Translations under genes and position numbers: made by a program
Shown: positions 25,484 through 39,312 of the stretch, in pieces
How the letters are laid out: every line of letters begins with the position of its first letter
Position numbering within the stretch: the stretch's first letter is position 1
Notes under the pieces: model-generated
Database searches by the model: none
What the model saw: the letters and a program-made list of their open reading frames with translations, nothing else
What the model was told of the DNA's origin: nothing
From: Octopus vulgaris
Lineage: Eukaryota
Length of the DNA stretch: 64,000 nucleotides
Direction: 5' to 3'
Assembly (NCBI GenBank): GCA_951406725.2
Contig: OX597817.1
Location: 119,598,001-119,662,000 of the forward strand

Positions 25484-26707
25484 TATGTTTGTACATGTGT
25501 GGTGTGTGTGTGTGTGCACACATTTGTCTTTCTATAGATATAAGGTAGAAAAATAAGTTGTATGTACAAGGGACCTTTATGCAATATTTTCCCTCAGTAA
25601 GGAAACTAAGACAATGGGCTACCTAATAGTTAATTGAATATATATTTTGTAATTTTGTTCCTTACATGTCATTATTATGTTATGAAAGAAAAAAAAAACA
25701 GAAAAGGAGAGAAAGGTGAAAATTCTTTTTCATGGTGAATGAACAGCTTAAAGTCACGTGAAGTCACTGAAATATGAAAAAGAGGAAGAGGGAGAAAATG
25801 AAAGCAGGAGAATGAAAGAAAGACAGAGGAAATGACTTAGGAATGGATGTAGAATTTTTGATGTTGAGAGATGAAAAATGTGGAAAAAAAGCCTGATATG
25901 GATAAGAGAATAAGGGGTGGGAAAAAATGGTTTTTCAGCTAAGAGAGAATTTATACAGGAAAGAACCTCAGTCAGTTGTGCTACTAATGTCTTACAGTAA
26001 CAAAAACTACTGCCTTCACAGAGATCTATTAATACCAAAGCTGAAGTAACTACAATTACTCCTACTATTATATTTTTACTAACAGCACTACTATGATTAT
26101 TTGATTTCCAGTATCTCACACTAACGAAACAACAGAACATCACAAGCATTGCTGCACAACATTCACATTAGCAAGTATGGAACTAATACTGCTTCTACCA
26201 CATTCAGCTATTCTGATTTATTCTTATATCTTTATTACATTTCTGAAAATGTAGACGACAGGCACAACCTACTCATAACACATGAATTTATTGATTATCG
26301 TCATCTGTAGAAGCTAACAGAGGCCTCACCATCCGCAGTAGCGACAGCATTGATAGAAAATAGTGAATACTCTATGAGATATTAGTATGCAATATCATAG
26401 AATGAAGAGCGTGGGAGGTTAGTATTCTAGCTGTTGCATATTTAAGCAAAGGTAAAATATCACAATAGAAAGCAAAAGAATCCTGTTAATTTTAATATTA
26501 CGTGTATGTGTGTATTTATATATGTATGTGTGTGTATGTGTTATTATATATATACTTCATATATATGTGTGTGTGCACGAGAGTATACCATGCATAGATA
26601 TATAAATATGTGTGTGGATGTATGTCTGTGTGTATACAAATACTTATATGTATATAAATAAATGAGCATATATATATACATATATACATACACACACATA
26701 CATACAT

Positions 26708-26747
<40 letters not shown>

Positions 26748-27154
26748 ATACGTATATATACACAGATATATATTTATATATATATATACACTCATACACA
26801 CACACACACATATATATATATACATACTACACACTCACAGTAAGCTTGAAACATGGTGATAACATATAGTGAAGGCACATCCTTTTATGCTTGCAGTAGC
26901 AAACTAATATCTCCACTTACAGCAGTATGTTACCGATATATTTTTTATTGACCTTGTAAGGATGAAAGACTATGCAAACTCTAGCACCATTTGAATCATA
27001 TATCATAATGTCTACAATTTAACATAATCAGTATATCATTTCTATTCTTTGATATGGGAAATCCATGTCCTATGTTATAATAATATAGAAAAAAAATGTT
27101 TAATCACACACACATATATATGCATATATATGTGTGTGTATGTGTGTGTGTATT

Positions 27155-27326
27155 CTGTTTGTACTTATTTCAGTTATTGAATCATGGCCATGCTATCGCA
27201 CTGTCATAATTTGAAAAAGTTACAGGCAATAAATATAGAGAAACAAAAAAAAGATGATTGCACACACACACAAATTTATCTATATATATACATACATATG
27301 CATATATATATACATATACATACATA

Positions 27327-27368
<42 letters not shown>

Positions 27369-27740
27369 TATATATATATATATATATACATATACATACA
27401 TATGCATATATATATATATACATATACATACATATGCATATATACATATACATATATATATATATACATACATATGCATATATACATATACATATATATA
27501 CATACATATGCATATATACATATATATACATACATATGCATATATACATATATATATATATATAAATATATATATACATACACACACACACACACACATG
27601 TATGCGTGTATGAGCAGCTTTCTTAGTTTCCCAAAACCCAAACCTCCTTTCCCACTGTACTGGTCCATAGTGAAAGCACTTGCCTAAGGTTATTGCACAA
27701 TGAAATCAGCTCCAGGACCATGTTGTAGAAAAGTAAATAC
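27155..27740 (-). mobile_element. Old SINE family A copy with a greatly expanded internal compound microsatellite
   Basis: Tail (tacttatttcagttattgaatcatggccatgct) and head remnants (gcacttgcctaagg...ccaggaccatgttgtag) flank ~330 bp of (TA)n/CATA/TGCA repeats. Confidence 0.6.
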
Positions 27741-27767
27741 ACATACACACAAACTCACACACATACA

Positions 27768-27803
<36 letters not shown>

Positions 27804-28559
27804 TAATATATGTATATAAATATATATATATATATGTATATAAATATATATATATATATATATAACTGTGTGTATATAGGTTGGCCTTTCATCATATCCA
27901 TATTTCTGATTTATTTAATGCAGCTCAAGTTATTTGATTTATATTTCAGTTACCATATTGATCACATGTTTAGGATTATAGAGTATTTCTGTTCATAAGT
28001 TTCTTCACAATCATATTGAAATTGAAGATGGCATACAATTATGATGAATATTGTACAGAATTTAATAAATTCGCTTTTATTTTCTGCAATAAAATCAGTT
28101 TATATCTTGTTATATTTAGAGATGTAGTCGTGTTTATATTATTGTTGGTGATACACTTCAATAAAATGACAAATTATGGGGAATACAATGAATTATTATC
28201 ATTATCTCTGAATGTACTTGCATATATTGAGATATTTATTTTTCTAATTCTTCAACATTGCAATCTGTTTAACTACTATATGTGTGTGTGTGTGTGTGAA
28301 GGAGAGGGAGAGAGTAATTCTGCGCACAATCACAGACTCACAATTATAGGAGACAATTCTTTTAGATGGAAAAATTTTACTGCTTATGTTCTCTATAATA
28401 TATGAGTGCCTAACGTGTGTGAAAAATTACATAGTACGTGAGAGTGGTAGATAAAATCAAAGATAATTTTCATATGAGAAAGTGTATGAACAAATGTCCT
28501 TGAAACACAAATTGAAGATCTAAATAGTGAACCAAATCTGGATAGTACATTCTTTGTTC

Positions 28560-28785
28560 ACCTTTTTGTGCCTGTATTTTCTTTGAAATACAATGCCTTT
28601 GTCTTAATTAATTCTGAAAATTACAAAGAATTAGTCAAATAACTTTGTCGATATAAATATGGTCTGTGAAGCATATATGAACCTGAAATTTTGATGACGG
28701 GGTTTATTTTAAATCACTTTAAAACAAGTCTCTATCATAGACCTACTAATAGCAGTCTTGGGCAGATTGGTATCAAAAGAGTTAA
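28560..28785. mobile_element. Degenerate piggyBac-like MITE, family P2
   Basis: Ends ...ttggtatcaaaagag|ttaa. Shares sequence in opposite orientation with 49790-50010 (ttgaaatacaatgcctttg vs caaaggcaatgtatttcaa). Confidence 0.55.
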
Positions 28786-31700
28786 TGAAATATGAAATCA
28801 AGCATTACTACAAATAAATGTTTCTGCTCTCATCAACCACACAAAGGCTCATTTTTGCTCACTAGCTTTTATTTTTAAAAATATAATCAGCTAGAGCACA
28901 CAGCAAATAGCCATTAAGATATATCAAAAAAAGCCACTAAGCAAAGAATTCTTGAAACACTAACATCTTACTACTAACCTTCTGCATTGAATTACACAAC
29001 CTAATTCTCTCTCTGCCTTAAACTACAGAATTAATATTTTTGAATTATCATTTTTATCTATCAGTAAATTTTATCGACAACTAATGTTACTATACAGCTT
29101 TTTTCCTTCCTTAACTTTTTAGAAATCAAGTAAACCCATTTAGAGTATTGTTTCATGACTATATTACATATTTTCCCATTTGCTTACATTTCCATAATAT
29201 ACTGACTGTCAAACAAAATAAGCAGAAGTTTTGAAAACAATTATGACCACTTATTCACTCACACATCACCTCCACCAAAATAATAATGCTAAGGACTGCA
29301 ATTTCAAAGATAATATATCTTTGGTGCAGAGATGTGAATTAAGAGTTTTATGAGGATATTGTCTAGACTGTGCTTTTATCACAAAGAAATATAATTTATG
29401 TAACAGCCATTCCTGCTGACTGCTTTATAAGTAGAATTTTCTCTGCTGACAACTATTAGCATTATATTGAACAACATAACAATGTGATATTCATTCATTT
29501 TGAAATTGGCCCATAATTCTGTTGTTTTTCTCTCTTATCTCTATAGAATATTGTGATCAGTTCTGATTTGTTAACTTGTAATATTACCTGGTTTCTATCA
29601 TCAGTTGAGAATTAGTTGAAATACTAGGATTATCTAGACAAATGCAATCATATTTCTGTTTCAAGTCATCCACATTTGCAAATGGTAACTAATGCAATCT
29701 ACAGTATTAAAAAGTAAGAAACGATACATGCACTGTATATCTGCTTTATTTTACATCTATCTGAAAGTTCTTTATTCCAGAATTTTTAAAATCATAGATT
29801 GAATTTTCATTTTTTTTTTTTATTTTAGAGAAATGATATTGATTTGGTTTAGGCTGACAATTCATTTATAAAAGTGCATGCACACATACACATGCCATGC
29901 ACACACAGCTGGTGTTCTATTTGATGTCACCCTTTCAAACAGGAAAGCTATGATATCATCTTACAATACAGTCAAATATCATCAAAACAACTCCAATGGT
30001 GTGTCTGAGTAGGGGTAAAATTATTATGGCAATTGTATAACTTCAAAGTTCTGTAAACAGTAACTTTAGCGCAATCTACAACTCACATCTATATTTTTGG
30101 TTGAATATAACATTAGTTTAGCAGGTTTAAAGCAGCATCAATTCGCTGAAATATACATTTGCAAGTTAGTATTTCATTGAATTTATTTAAATTTGAATAT
30201 TTTTAATTCTTAAGAAGCAATAAGGAAAACATACTTTTGCTTTAACTGTGAAACTATGTACAATAATTTATTATCAGAAACACCTTTAACTAACATATGA
30301 CACCTTCTCTAGTTTCAGAAAGAACCATTAACATTAATGTAATAAAATGAATAAAAACAATATAGAAATCAACGATGCCTAATGCTAACATTGCAGATTT
30401 GACAATAAATAATGCTAAATAATATTTTATGCATTTCTCTATCAATTTGGCATCTCATTTTTATTTTTGTTTTTCAAAAGACCTTGAACACATGAAAGTT
30501 ACTATTCAAGCCCCACAACAAGCAAAATATCAATATAACATGACTTGAAACATAAACTAGGAAGTGGCAAGTTTGGAATGATTGATAACCAGTATAGATA
30601 TAAGTGGAATTTGGTGTAAGATATATGATATGAAAAGAAAACATTGAGAAGCAATGTCATATTTCATAGATGTTACTCCTAAAGAAAGAGATAAAATAAA
30701 GCATTTTTCATGGCAACTTGGCTTCAGAAAGTGTAATATGAAATAAGGAAAATGCAAAGATAGTATGTTTTCCTCACGGGGTTTTAAATATATGAATGTG
30801 ACAAGAAAAGAGGAGAGATGAGAAGTTCATTGAAACCACTCATGCACACAGTGAAGTATAAAATTTGCTTATGTTCAAATACAAATACATCAAGGTGGCA
30901 AATTCTGGCAATGAGAAGAGAAATGGAAGATAGGGTTGTGGAATAAAATCAAAATAAACCAAGAAAAATTATGAACAAAATACCTAAGACTGATCTAACA
31001 TATCCTGATTTAGAAACAGATAATCAAATACAAAAATAAGAAAATCCTTAACAAGATGATGTAGGAATTGGGAATTTATAGAACAATCTATATCTTAGCA
31101 TGGAAACATGACCTTTAAAGTGTGAGTAATCATATTCAACCATCAAATTCTTAAATGTTTTGGTGCTCAGGCAAACAAGTTAGCAACTGATATAATAGTA
31201 ATACAGATAAACTGAACGTTTAAGATATAATTTTAGTAAATTTACAAAACAGAATGTACCATTACAATATATTTTTTCTACTTGTTTTTATATCAAAACT
31301 GACAATTATTTGTGATCATTCAGTTTTTGAATGAGGCTGTTTTGTGAACTACTAAAAGACATTACTAGATTCTTTCAAATGTACAGAGGAACAATTGTCC
31401 ATGAATACATGTTTAAATAAATAAATAAATGCAATTAGAACAAAATACAAAAATTAGTCTTTTCAAATTAACTAAATTCCTGCAACTAGTCAAACCTAGT
31501 CAAATGCACAAACACCAAAATGTCATTATCATTATTCTACATATGCTTTCCATGCTAGCATGGGTTGGATAGGTAGTATTCCAAAATATACAATCCAAAC
31601 AGCATTACTTTTCCACATGGTCTATACAAACAAAATACACATGTTCAAATCAAAGGTGGGTTACATTACATATAAGGTGATTTGCATTACATGCCAAAAT

Positions 31701-32077
31701 ACTGTCTTAGGTTGTTAGCCTCATTAATGCATAACAAAGAACCAAGTGCATGTACCAAATACCAAATATAACCATCTTACCAACTTCCACCATAACCCCT
31801 ACAACAACTACATAAGAAAAACAGGGAAAAGCTATTACTACCTGCATTCCACACAACAAAGTATTCCATTTTACGTTGAAACATAAACTACAAAAACTGT
31901 ATGCAATTTTTGTTTTTTTATCTCTACAGTGTTTATACATTAAACAAATATATAGTAATGAACTTTAAATTGCTGACTCCCACAAGGAAAGCACCACAGG
32001 AAATACAATTTATTGCAAAAATAGTAAATACATTGAGCTAAACAAGGAATAAGAAATAGTCATTTGGAAAATGAATG

Positions 32078-32480
32078 AGTAGGAGTGGCTGTGTGATAAG
32101 TAGCTTGCTCACGAACCACATGGTTCTGGGTTCAGTCCCACTGTGTGGCACCTTGGGCAAGTGTCTTCTACTATAGCCTCGGGCCAACCAAAGCCTTGTG
32201 AGTGGATATGGTAGATGGAAACTGAAAAGAAGCCTATCATGTATGTGTGTGTATATATATATATATATGTATGTTTGTGTGTTAATTCCCCCCCCCAACA
32301 TTGTTTGACAACTGATGCTGGTGTGTTTACATCCCCGTAACTTAGCGGTTCAGCAAAAGTGACCGATAGAATAAGCACTAGGCTTACAAAGAATAAGTCC
32401 TGGGGTCGATTTGCTCGACTAAAAGGCGGTGCTCCACCATGGCCACAGTCACATGACTGAAACAAGTAAAAGAGTAAAAG
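32078..32480 (+). mobile_element. Full-length tRNA-derived SINE, family A (CORE-like)
   Basis: A-box-like tggctgtgtgataag, B-box-like ggttcagtccc, CORE-like ccttgggcaagtg, internal (TA/TG)n and tail gtaaaagagtaaaaga. More than 8 further copies in the window. Confidence 0.9.
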
Positions 32481-33770
32481 AGAGTCAGGTCAAATTTCAC
32501 TTCAATCCCTATTATGGAATACAAAGTCATTTACATGCACACAGGTATACAGCAGTCATTCATACGTCTCTTTATTGCAGAACATACATCCTCACACATA
32601 GGCAAACATTTTGCAGTTTGTGAAACAGCAAACACTTTATACACAAACGATTAGGATAAATAGTATAACTATAATTCATTCTTTGTCAACTGAAAATAGC
32701 ATTAATTTGATTTCTTGGTTAACTCACCCTAATTTAACCAGGTTTTCATTGATTGTGAAATGATTAATATACATCATTTGTGTAATAATTGCTAACATCT
32801 CATAAAATAGAAGAAACATTGTTTAAAGAAATCCAGTGACATTTGAGAGATAACTTCTCACCAACAAACCTAAACTGTAAATATTTTCATTGCTTAACCT
32901 AAAAGGTCATCAGCATGACAAAAAAAAAGGAACATTTAAGATGTTTGTATGCAAAGAAATACACAAAATTATGTAGCTGTTAGCATCAAGCATCAAACAT
33001 GAGCATCTTGGAATTTCATCTTGCTAGAATATTCAATTAGTTTAGAAGATTACAGTTTATTTTTGTTTATATGATAAATTTTGATGTTGATATTTGTAAA
33101 ATTTGTTGAATTATTTGGTTTCCATATGGAAAAGCTTTATCATTTAACTGAGGGATCTTTCTCTAAATAAATATATTTCCTAGCCAGCTGATGGAATGAC
33201 ATTCCATAAAGTATAAAATATTAATATTTAAGATATTATTTTTTTGATTGAGCAAATAACTTCACAACATCAACATCCAACCTAGAGCTGCAGTAACAGA
33301 GCAGCATTTCAGTAATTACCTTATGTGCCTGAATATAGAATAAAGATATTGCAGCAGAAACTTATATTCATAAGAGCAAATCTTGAAAAATATATGACAG
33401 GATGTACATCTTTATTGGAAGTGGTATCTTAACTACGACATTCTATTGTATATGTGTCTGAATTTTATATTTTCACTTTATATTTTAACCTTTCTGAACA
33501 TCTAGATGAACAAACAAACACAAGTCCCCTTTATGAAAGGGATTTCAACTATAGATATTAAACAAAGTATCTCAGACAAAGAGCTCAGTCTTTGAAAGTT
33601 AGATTCCATTCCTCTGATAATAGGATTGCTAAGTATAGTATGTACACATTTAGTGTGGGATGATATATACAATTTGATGTGGAATATGTAAAAGTAAATA
33701 TATTTATTATTTAAAATATTTCAGAAAAGAAAAGAGAGAAATATGACACAAGACTAAAAAAGTTGGTCAT

Positions 33771-33952
33771 TTAACTGTATCAGGACAATTTCCCCCAACG
33801 ACAACTACCCCCAGGACATTTAACCCCCTTAGTTAATTACCCCCTCTCTAATATATTAAGAAGTTTAAAATCATTATTTGTTGTCTTCAGGAGTTATTGG
33901 CATTGGTAAGGGAGTTATTGTCTATGGGGATAGATGTCCTAGACTCCTTTTA
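33771..33952. mobile_element. Small degenerate foldback/MITE-like element with reiterated subterminal motifs
   Basis: Left side has 3-4 copies of ggacaattwcccc-like motifs; right side has complementary gggagttattgtc / gggatagatgtcct motifs; TTAA near both ends. Confidence 0.45.
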
Positions 33953-34769
33953 AATTCAATGTAGAAAGGTATTTTGAACACATAAACCAAATAGCTTAAC
34001 AAGTGAGAACTAGTAAAAGTGTTGTAGGCTGTGCAACGAATGCATAGAAGATTACAATATCTTATGGAAAAAGATAAAGCAACATATTAAATTAACATTT
34101 CTAATAAGACAAATGTGTAGAGAAAAACTTATTCATAAATATAATGAATATGAATGATTGTTCCAGACAGGATGAGAGAGAAACAGATCTGTACCAATGA
34201 TGATCTATCAAGGATAACTAAATAAGTGAAGGCATATAGATAAATAAATATAGACCGACACATATTGTCTGGAAAGATTATAAGTGTGGCCATTATAATA
34301 ATGAGCTGTTTCCTGGAATAATGATCTGTGGCATTGGTGAAGTGACTAGTGATGTAAATAACATTCCCTCATTAATTACAATGATCTCTCTCTCACCCTC
34401 TCTCATATAGTGAATGCTTCAGTTAGGTAAATTAACAAGTAACTTTGCCATCACAAGGAATCTTTACATACAATAACGTTACTTATATGGCTAAGTACTG
34501 GGTAGAAATATAAATATGATATTTACATAAATAAGTACGGGAGATGGCTGTTGGCCAATATTCAGTACTTTTTAGAAAACATGCACTCATAGGCACATTG
34601 TTATTTCCAAGATTAAAAATATGAATGTATACAAAAAAAAAATACGTAGTATGGCATGTTTCCAAGTAGTACTATGAACAAAATAAAGAGTGCTCAATAA
34701 ACATAGTAGAGTGTGTGAAAAGACAGACAGGTAAATAAATCGACATAGACCTAGATGTAGTTATAGTTG

Positions 34770-34851
34770 ACTGCTGTTCCATTATAACCATCATCAAATG
34801 ACTGCCAAGTCAGCACAAAACTTGAAATGATGGCTATAATGGAACAGTAGT
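34770..34851. ncRNA. Pre-miRNA-like hairpin (25-bp arms, 32-nt loop); candidate only
   Basis: actgctgttccattataaccatcat pairs with atgatggctataatggaacagtagt at 23/25 Watson-Crick (one G:U, one A-C). Confidence 0.35.
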
Positions 34852-36816
34852 AATATCTATATGCGAAGATATCTTGATTTGTATTTGCTATATATATATA
34901 TATGCACTTTATAACTCCCCAACATCAATTTATTTGATCCACATGAATGTGTAGGGCAATTATAACAGTAAGGTATTTTAATGTTAAGCCATTTGGAGGC
35001 AACCATCCAATATTTTTTGCTTGAAAAATGTGCATACATAATGTAAAAATAAAAATAAATAAAATTAAAATATACAATATCAACCAACTTTTTTCTCTTG
35101 CATTTCATTATTAGCTATTTGAAAAGATACAAAATACAGAGCTACTGATAAAAGGGAGGAAAATACATTTTCACAAAGAATCACTATTCACAGAGCTTAG
35201 GAAGATATAGTCATGAAGAGTGTCAGTAACCAAGTTATACAAATATTGTGAAAGACTGCAATAATATGGAAACCACTAAGAGTGAAAAATAATACTATGT
35301 TTAATGTAAAGACACATGTAAAGACAAATGAAAATTTATATATTCATATGTATACTGCATATATACATATTTAGTAGTTAATGTTCAATGCTTAAACTAA
35401 TGCCCATACACAAATATGTTTCAACATAACAATAAATTATAAGATATTACAAAGATAGTTATGTTGTCAAATAAATATTTGTTGCTGCCTTCTGAGATTT
35501 AAAACTACTGAAAAAGAGGTGGAAATATTTGTTTCTTCTCTATATGTGTGAAGACTCATTATTATAAAAATTAATTGTAAACAAAACTTACATACCTCAA
35601 TACCCATAATCACGTAAATAAAATAGTTTCGCATTATGTTATCCGCTTAAGTAGATGTGATGGAATATCCAAATTAGAGGAATAACAAAAGGAAAATGTC
35701 ACAGATCTAAGACAATCATGTAATGATAGGTGAATTTGACACTGAAGTGAATCTATCAGAGAAAAATTCCAAAAATTCTCAGAAAACTTGAAACCACGAA
35801 CAATCACTTAGTAATGAGAGAAATGATATGGCTAACATTCTCAGATTAAAAACCATGAATGACAATTTTGGAAAGTTCTCACTTCTAATATTTCTGAAGC
35901 CATTGGGTAAGTGCTATAAAATTTCAATAAATCAATTTGAAATTTGTTTGATAAAATGCTCAAATTCATGACAATTTGCAGCTGATATTCGTTTACTTTT
36001 ATTTCGGAGAAACATTCAACGAAAGACTGATTTTAATTACAAAACTTAAAAACACAAAAAGGTTATTTTTAAAAAAAAATAGTTGTACTTTATTTTGCTG
36101 AGTAAGAATAAATGTGAAAAAGATAAAAAGAAAAAGGAAAAGCAGGAAAATAGCAGATATGAAAAGAGAACAAGAATCAGCTGATACAGATTTTAGTGAC
36201 AGTGAAATTATATTTTTCAATAAGCATTTATTTCTCTTTTATCAAACATAAAGAACTAATAATGTTTTTATGTAAAAGAGGTATTTTATAAATAACGCAA
36301 TTGGTTTTATAAACATGATGATGATGATGATGACGATGAAAAGGCGTCAGTAAGACAACAAAATAGAAACTTAAGACAGTTAAATAACAAGTTTGAACCT
36401 GTAATACACAATTTTAAAGAGGTCTTATTTCTAAGTTTTTGCGTTCAAAATATGAAAATGCAAACTTGCACATATTTTGTTGTGCATACATGCATGTGCA
36501 CACAGACACACACACACACAAATGCACACATGCACACACACACACAACCATTTACACAAACAGAAATATTCATTTGTAACTTTTAAACAATATAACCAAA
36601 AATACTTTAATTTTAATCTGCTTCGGTTCTATTTAAAATATATGCATTTTTGACAGTCCCTTGAGAGGTTACATGTCAGATCATCAGAAAATTTAGACAA
36701 ACATTGTAATTGTTTGTCTAAAGTTCAATTTAACTTTATTATACATCTAAACATTTATGATGGATTACTGTAAAAAATAGTACAAAATTTCAGAATTAAT
36801 ATAATCTTAAAATTTC

Positions 36817-37150
36817 TAGGTGCAAGCATGGCTGTATGGTAAAAAGTTTGCTTCCCAACTGCATGGTTCTGGGTTCAATCTCACTGCATAGTACCTTGGG
36901 CAAGTCTTCGATAGCCCTGGTCCAACCAAAGCTTTGTTAGTGTAGGTATGGCTGTGTGGTAAGAAGCTTGCCATACCTGGGCTCAATCCCACTGCGTGGC
37001 ACCTTGGGCAAGTGTCTTCTACTATAGCTTTGGGCTGACCAAAACCTTGAGAGTGGATTTGGTAGACGGAAACTGAAAGCTCGTTGTTTGTTTGTATGTA
37101 TGTAAGTATGTATGTGTGCTCCAGCATGGCCACAGTCTAATGACTGAAAC
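36817..37150 (+). mobile_element. SINE family A with tandemly duplicated tRNA head and internal deletion
   Basis: Head atggctgt(a/g)tggtaa...ggttcaatc...ccttgggcaagt occurs at ~36817-36936 and again from ~36939. Tail gctccagcatggccacagtc...gtaaaaga. Confidence 0.8.
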
Positions 37151-38285
37151 AAGTAAAAGATAAAAAGATATATAGACAGACAGATGTGTGTTGTTGAGTC
37201 TTTGCCTTGGCATCATGTGGGAGTTGTAAACAAATATCAACCATCAAGCAAACATCATCCTTTGTTTCCAATATTTTGTGAATATATATCAGGTTATGGG
37301 GGAACAGATGATGAAGGTTGGTGACAGGAGGGATATTTGGCTGTAGAAAATCCACTTCAATAAATTCCATATCTGACCAATGCCAGCAAGGAAAGGTGAA
37401 TATTAAAACAATGATGATGTCTTACTGAATCATTATTCTACATTATTTTCCAATCATAATCTGCACCACAGAACAAGGATGTGTTCTTTGGCCTCAGACT
37501 AGCTCTGATTGAAGAGTCCTTTGGTCAGAGTATTCCATTCTTAAACATCATGCCTTCTTGCAGACAGCATGTCTCAAATTACATTATTCAATATTTCACT
37601 CTCTTTTTAAGTTGATAGGATGTGATTTCAGAGTAATTTTGGCTGCACTTCCTAGCAAGATGAGTAACTGAATAAAGGCCCCTTCATTACTCTAGAGTCT
37701 TTCTTTGCATGATTTATGGGTTTTATGAATCTGAAAGTTATAATTATTATTCACCATATATTTCAGTAATTAACCTAGGCTGAACACTCTACAATTCATT
37801 TAACATGAGTATAGTAATAGGAAAAGAAAGAAGTAACAATAACCTGTTATAAAACCTAGACAGCAAAAATGAAGTGAAAAAGCAACTAGGTATTAGAGAC
37901 ATTCCTCAGTGCATGTAAAATAAATGATGAAATGTGACAATAGTGTAAAGTTAATTTCCTCTAATAAGTGACTTACATCACACCTGAAGCATTATTTATG
38001 AGGTAACAAAAATAAATAATTGACATGGATGAATTTCGGATGTTTTTCAATGCACTGTAGGAAACAGACAATAAAACTAATTAGATAATGATACCAGAGG
38101 AGATCTTCAACTCAAAAGGCTGAAGAAAAAAGTTAAAGAATAAAAGCTTAATTAAATACTAAATCCTCCTTTTCACTTTTCATGACTTACAAGCAGCAAG
38201 AAGCATTGGCTTGTGGGTGGCACTGTTAGAGTGAGTGAGTGAGTGTATTTGTGTGTGTATCTGTGTGTGTGTGTGTGTGTATCTC

Positions 38286-38330
<45 letters not shown>

Positions 38331-38894
38331 TATGTTAAAATGAACTTTAGATTCATATATATGTACATGTTCTTAGAACAGAATCACACTTAACAATGTT
38401 CTAGTTGCCAAAACATGAAACTCTTAGCATAGAAATTTACCTACCATATAGATAGACAGTACGATCTTTCATCACAAGCATTAGTAGCACTTCAAAACTG
38501 ACAATTGTATTACTACTTCGCAGTGATGAGTGTGGAGGTTCTCCTGCCTTAAGGCATAATAATACCCTAAAAGCATTGTTCTCATCTCAATTCTATCACC
38601 ACCAACGCCACCACTATAGAGTTAACTTTAAATGAATACATGAATCTCCAGTGCTAACTGAAAATAAACTAGAAACATCATTTAACAAATTAATGTAAAC
38701 CAAGTATTATAAAGTTGACTACTTGATGTGCTTTACATTACTTCTTGTTGCAAATTTTAAGTGAAAATTTATCTTAAATAGTCAAACTTTCCTTTAATGT
38801 ATTTGATAGATTAATTTTATCAGAAGGCTTTACATTAGAGACCATCTTTATCTATTTGTCATTCTTTCAAAAAATGACCATATTCATTACATTC

Positions 38895-39312
38895 TTATTT
38901 CTTTATTGCCCACAAAGGAGCTAAACATAGAGGGGACAAACAAGGACAGACAAAGGGATTAAGTCGATTACATCGATCCCAGTGCGTAACTGGTACTTAA
39001 TTTATCAACCCCAAAAGGATGACAGGCAAAGTTGACCTCGGTGGAATTTAAACTCAGAACATAACGGCAGACAAAATACCTATTTCTTTACTACCCACAA
39101 GGGGCCAAACACAGAGAGGACAAACAAGGACAGACAAATTGATTAAGTCGATTATATCGACCCCAGTGCGTAACTGGTACTTATTCAATCGACCCCGAAA
39201 GGATGAAAGGCAAAGTCGACCTCGGCGGAATTTGAACTCAGAACATAACAGCAGATGAAATACCGCTAAGCATTTCGCCCAGTGTGCTAACATTTCTGCC
39301 AGCTCGCCACCT
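38895..39312 (-). mobile_element. SINE family B, tandem dimer (headless unit plus complete unit)
   Basis: Two ~187-bp direct units (38895-39081, 39082-39268) plus head ...ctgccagctcgcc. The minus-strand core gcctttcatcctttcggggtcgat...aagtaccag resembles the Meta/MESC-type conserved SINE domain (from memory). Confidence 0.9.

Noticed and set aside
25754-26149. 131-aa minus-strand ORF
   Set aside because: Non-ATG start and low-complexity F/S/L tail derived from a purine-rich plus strand; no splice or domain support.
27182-27687. Overlapping 100-167 aa ORFs ([10 protein letters not shown]), and similar ORFs at 17402, 21477, 21581, 26544, 53929-54364 and 59163
   Set aside because: Translations of stop-free dinucleotide microsatellites; no protein signal.
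32038-32465. ORFs recurring at 32109, 36816, 53331, 22754, 20701 (…IVEDTCPRCH…) and 39054
   Set aside because: Incidental frames of SINE families A and B; the similarity reflects repeat copies, not paralogous genes.
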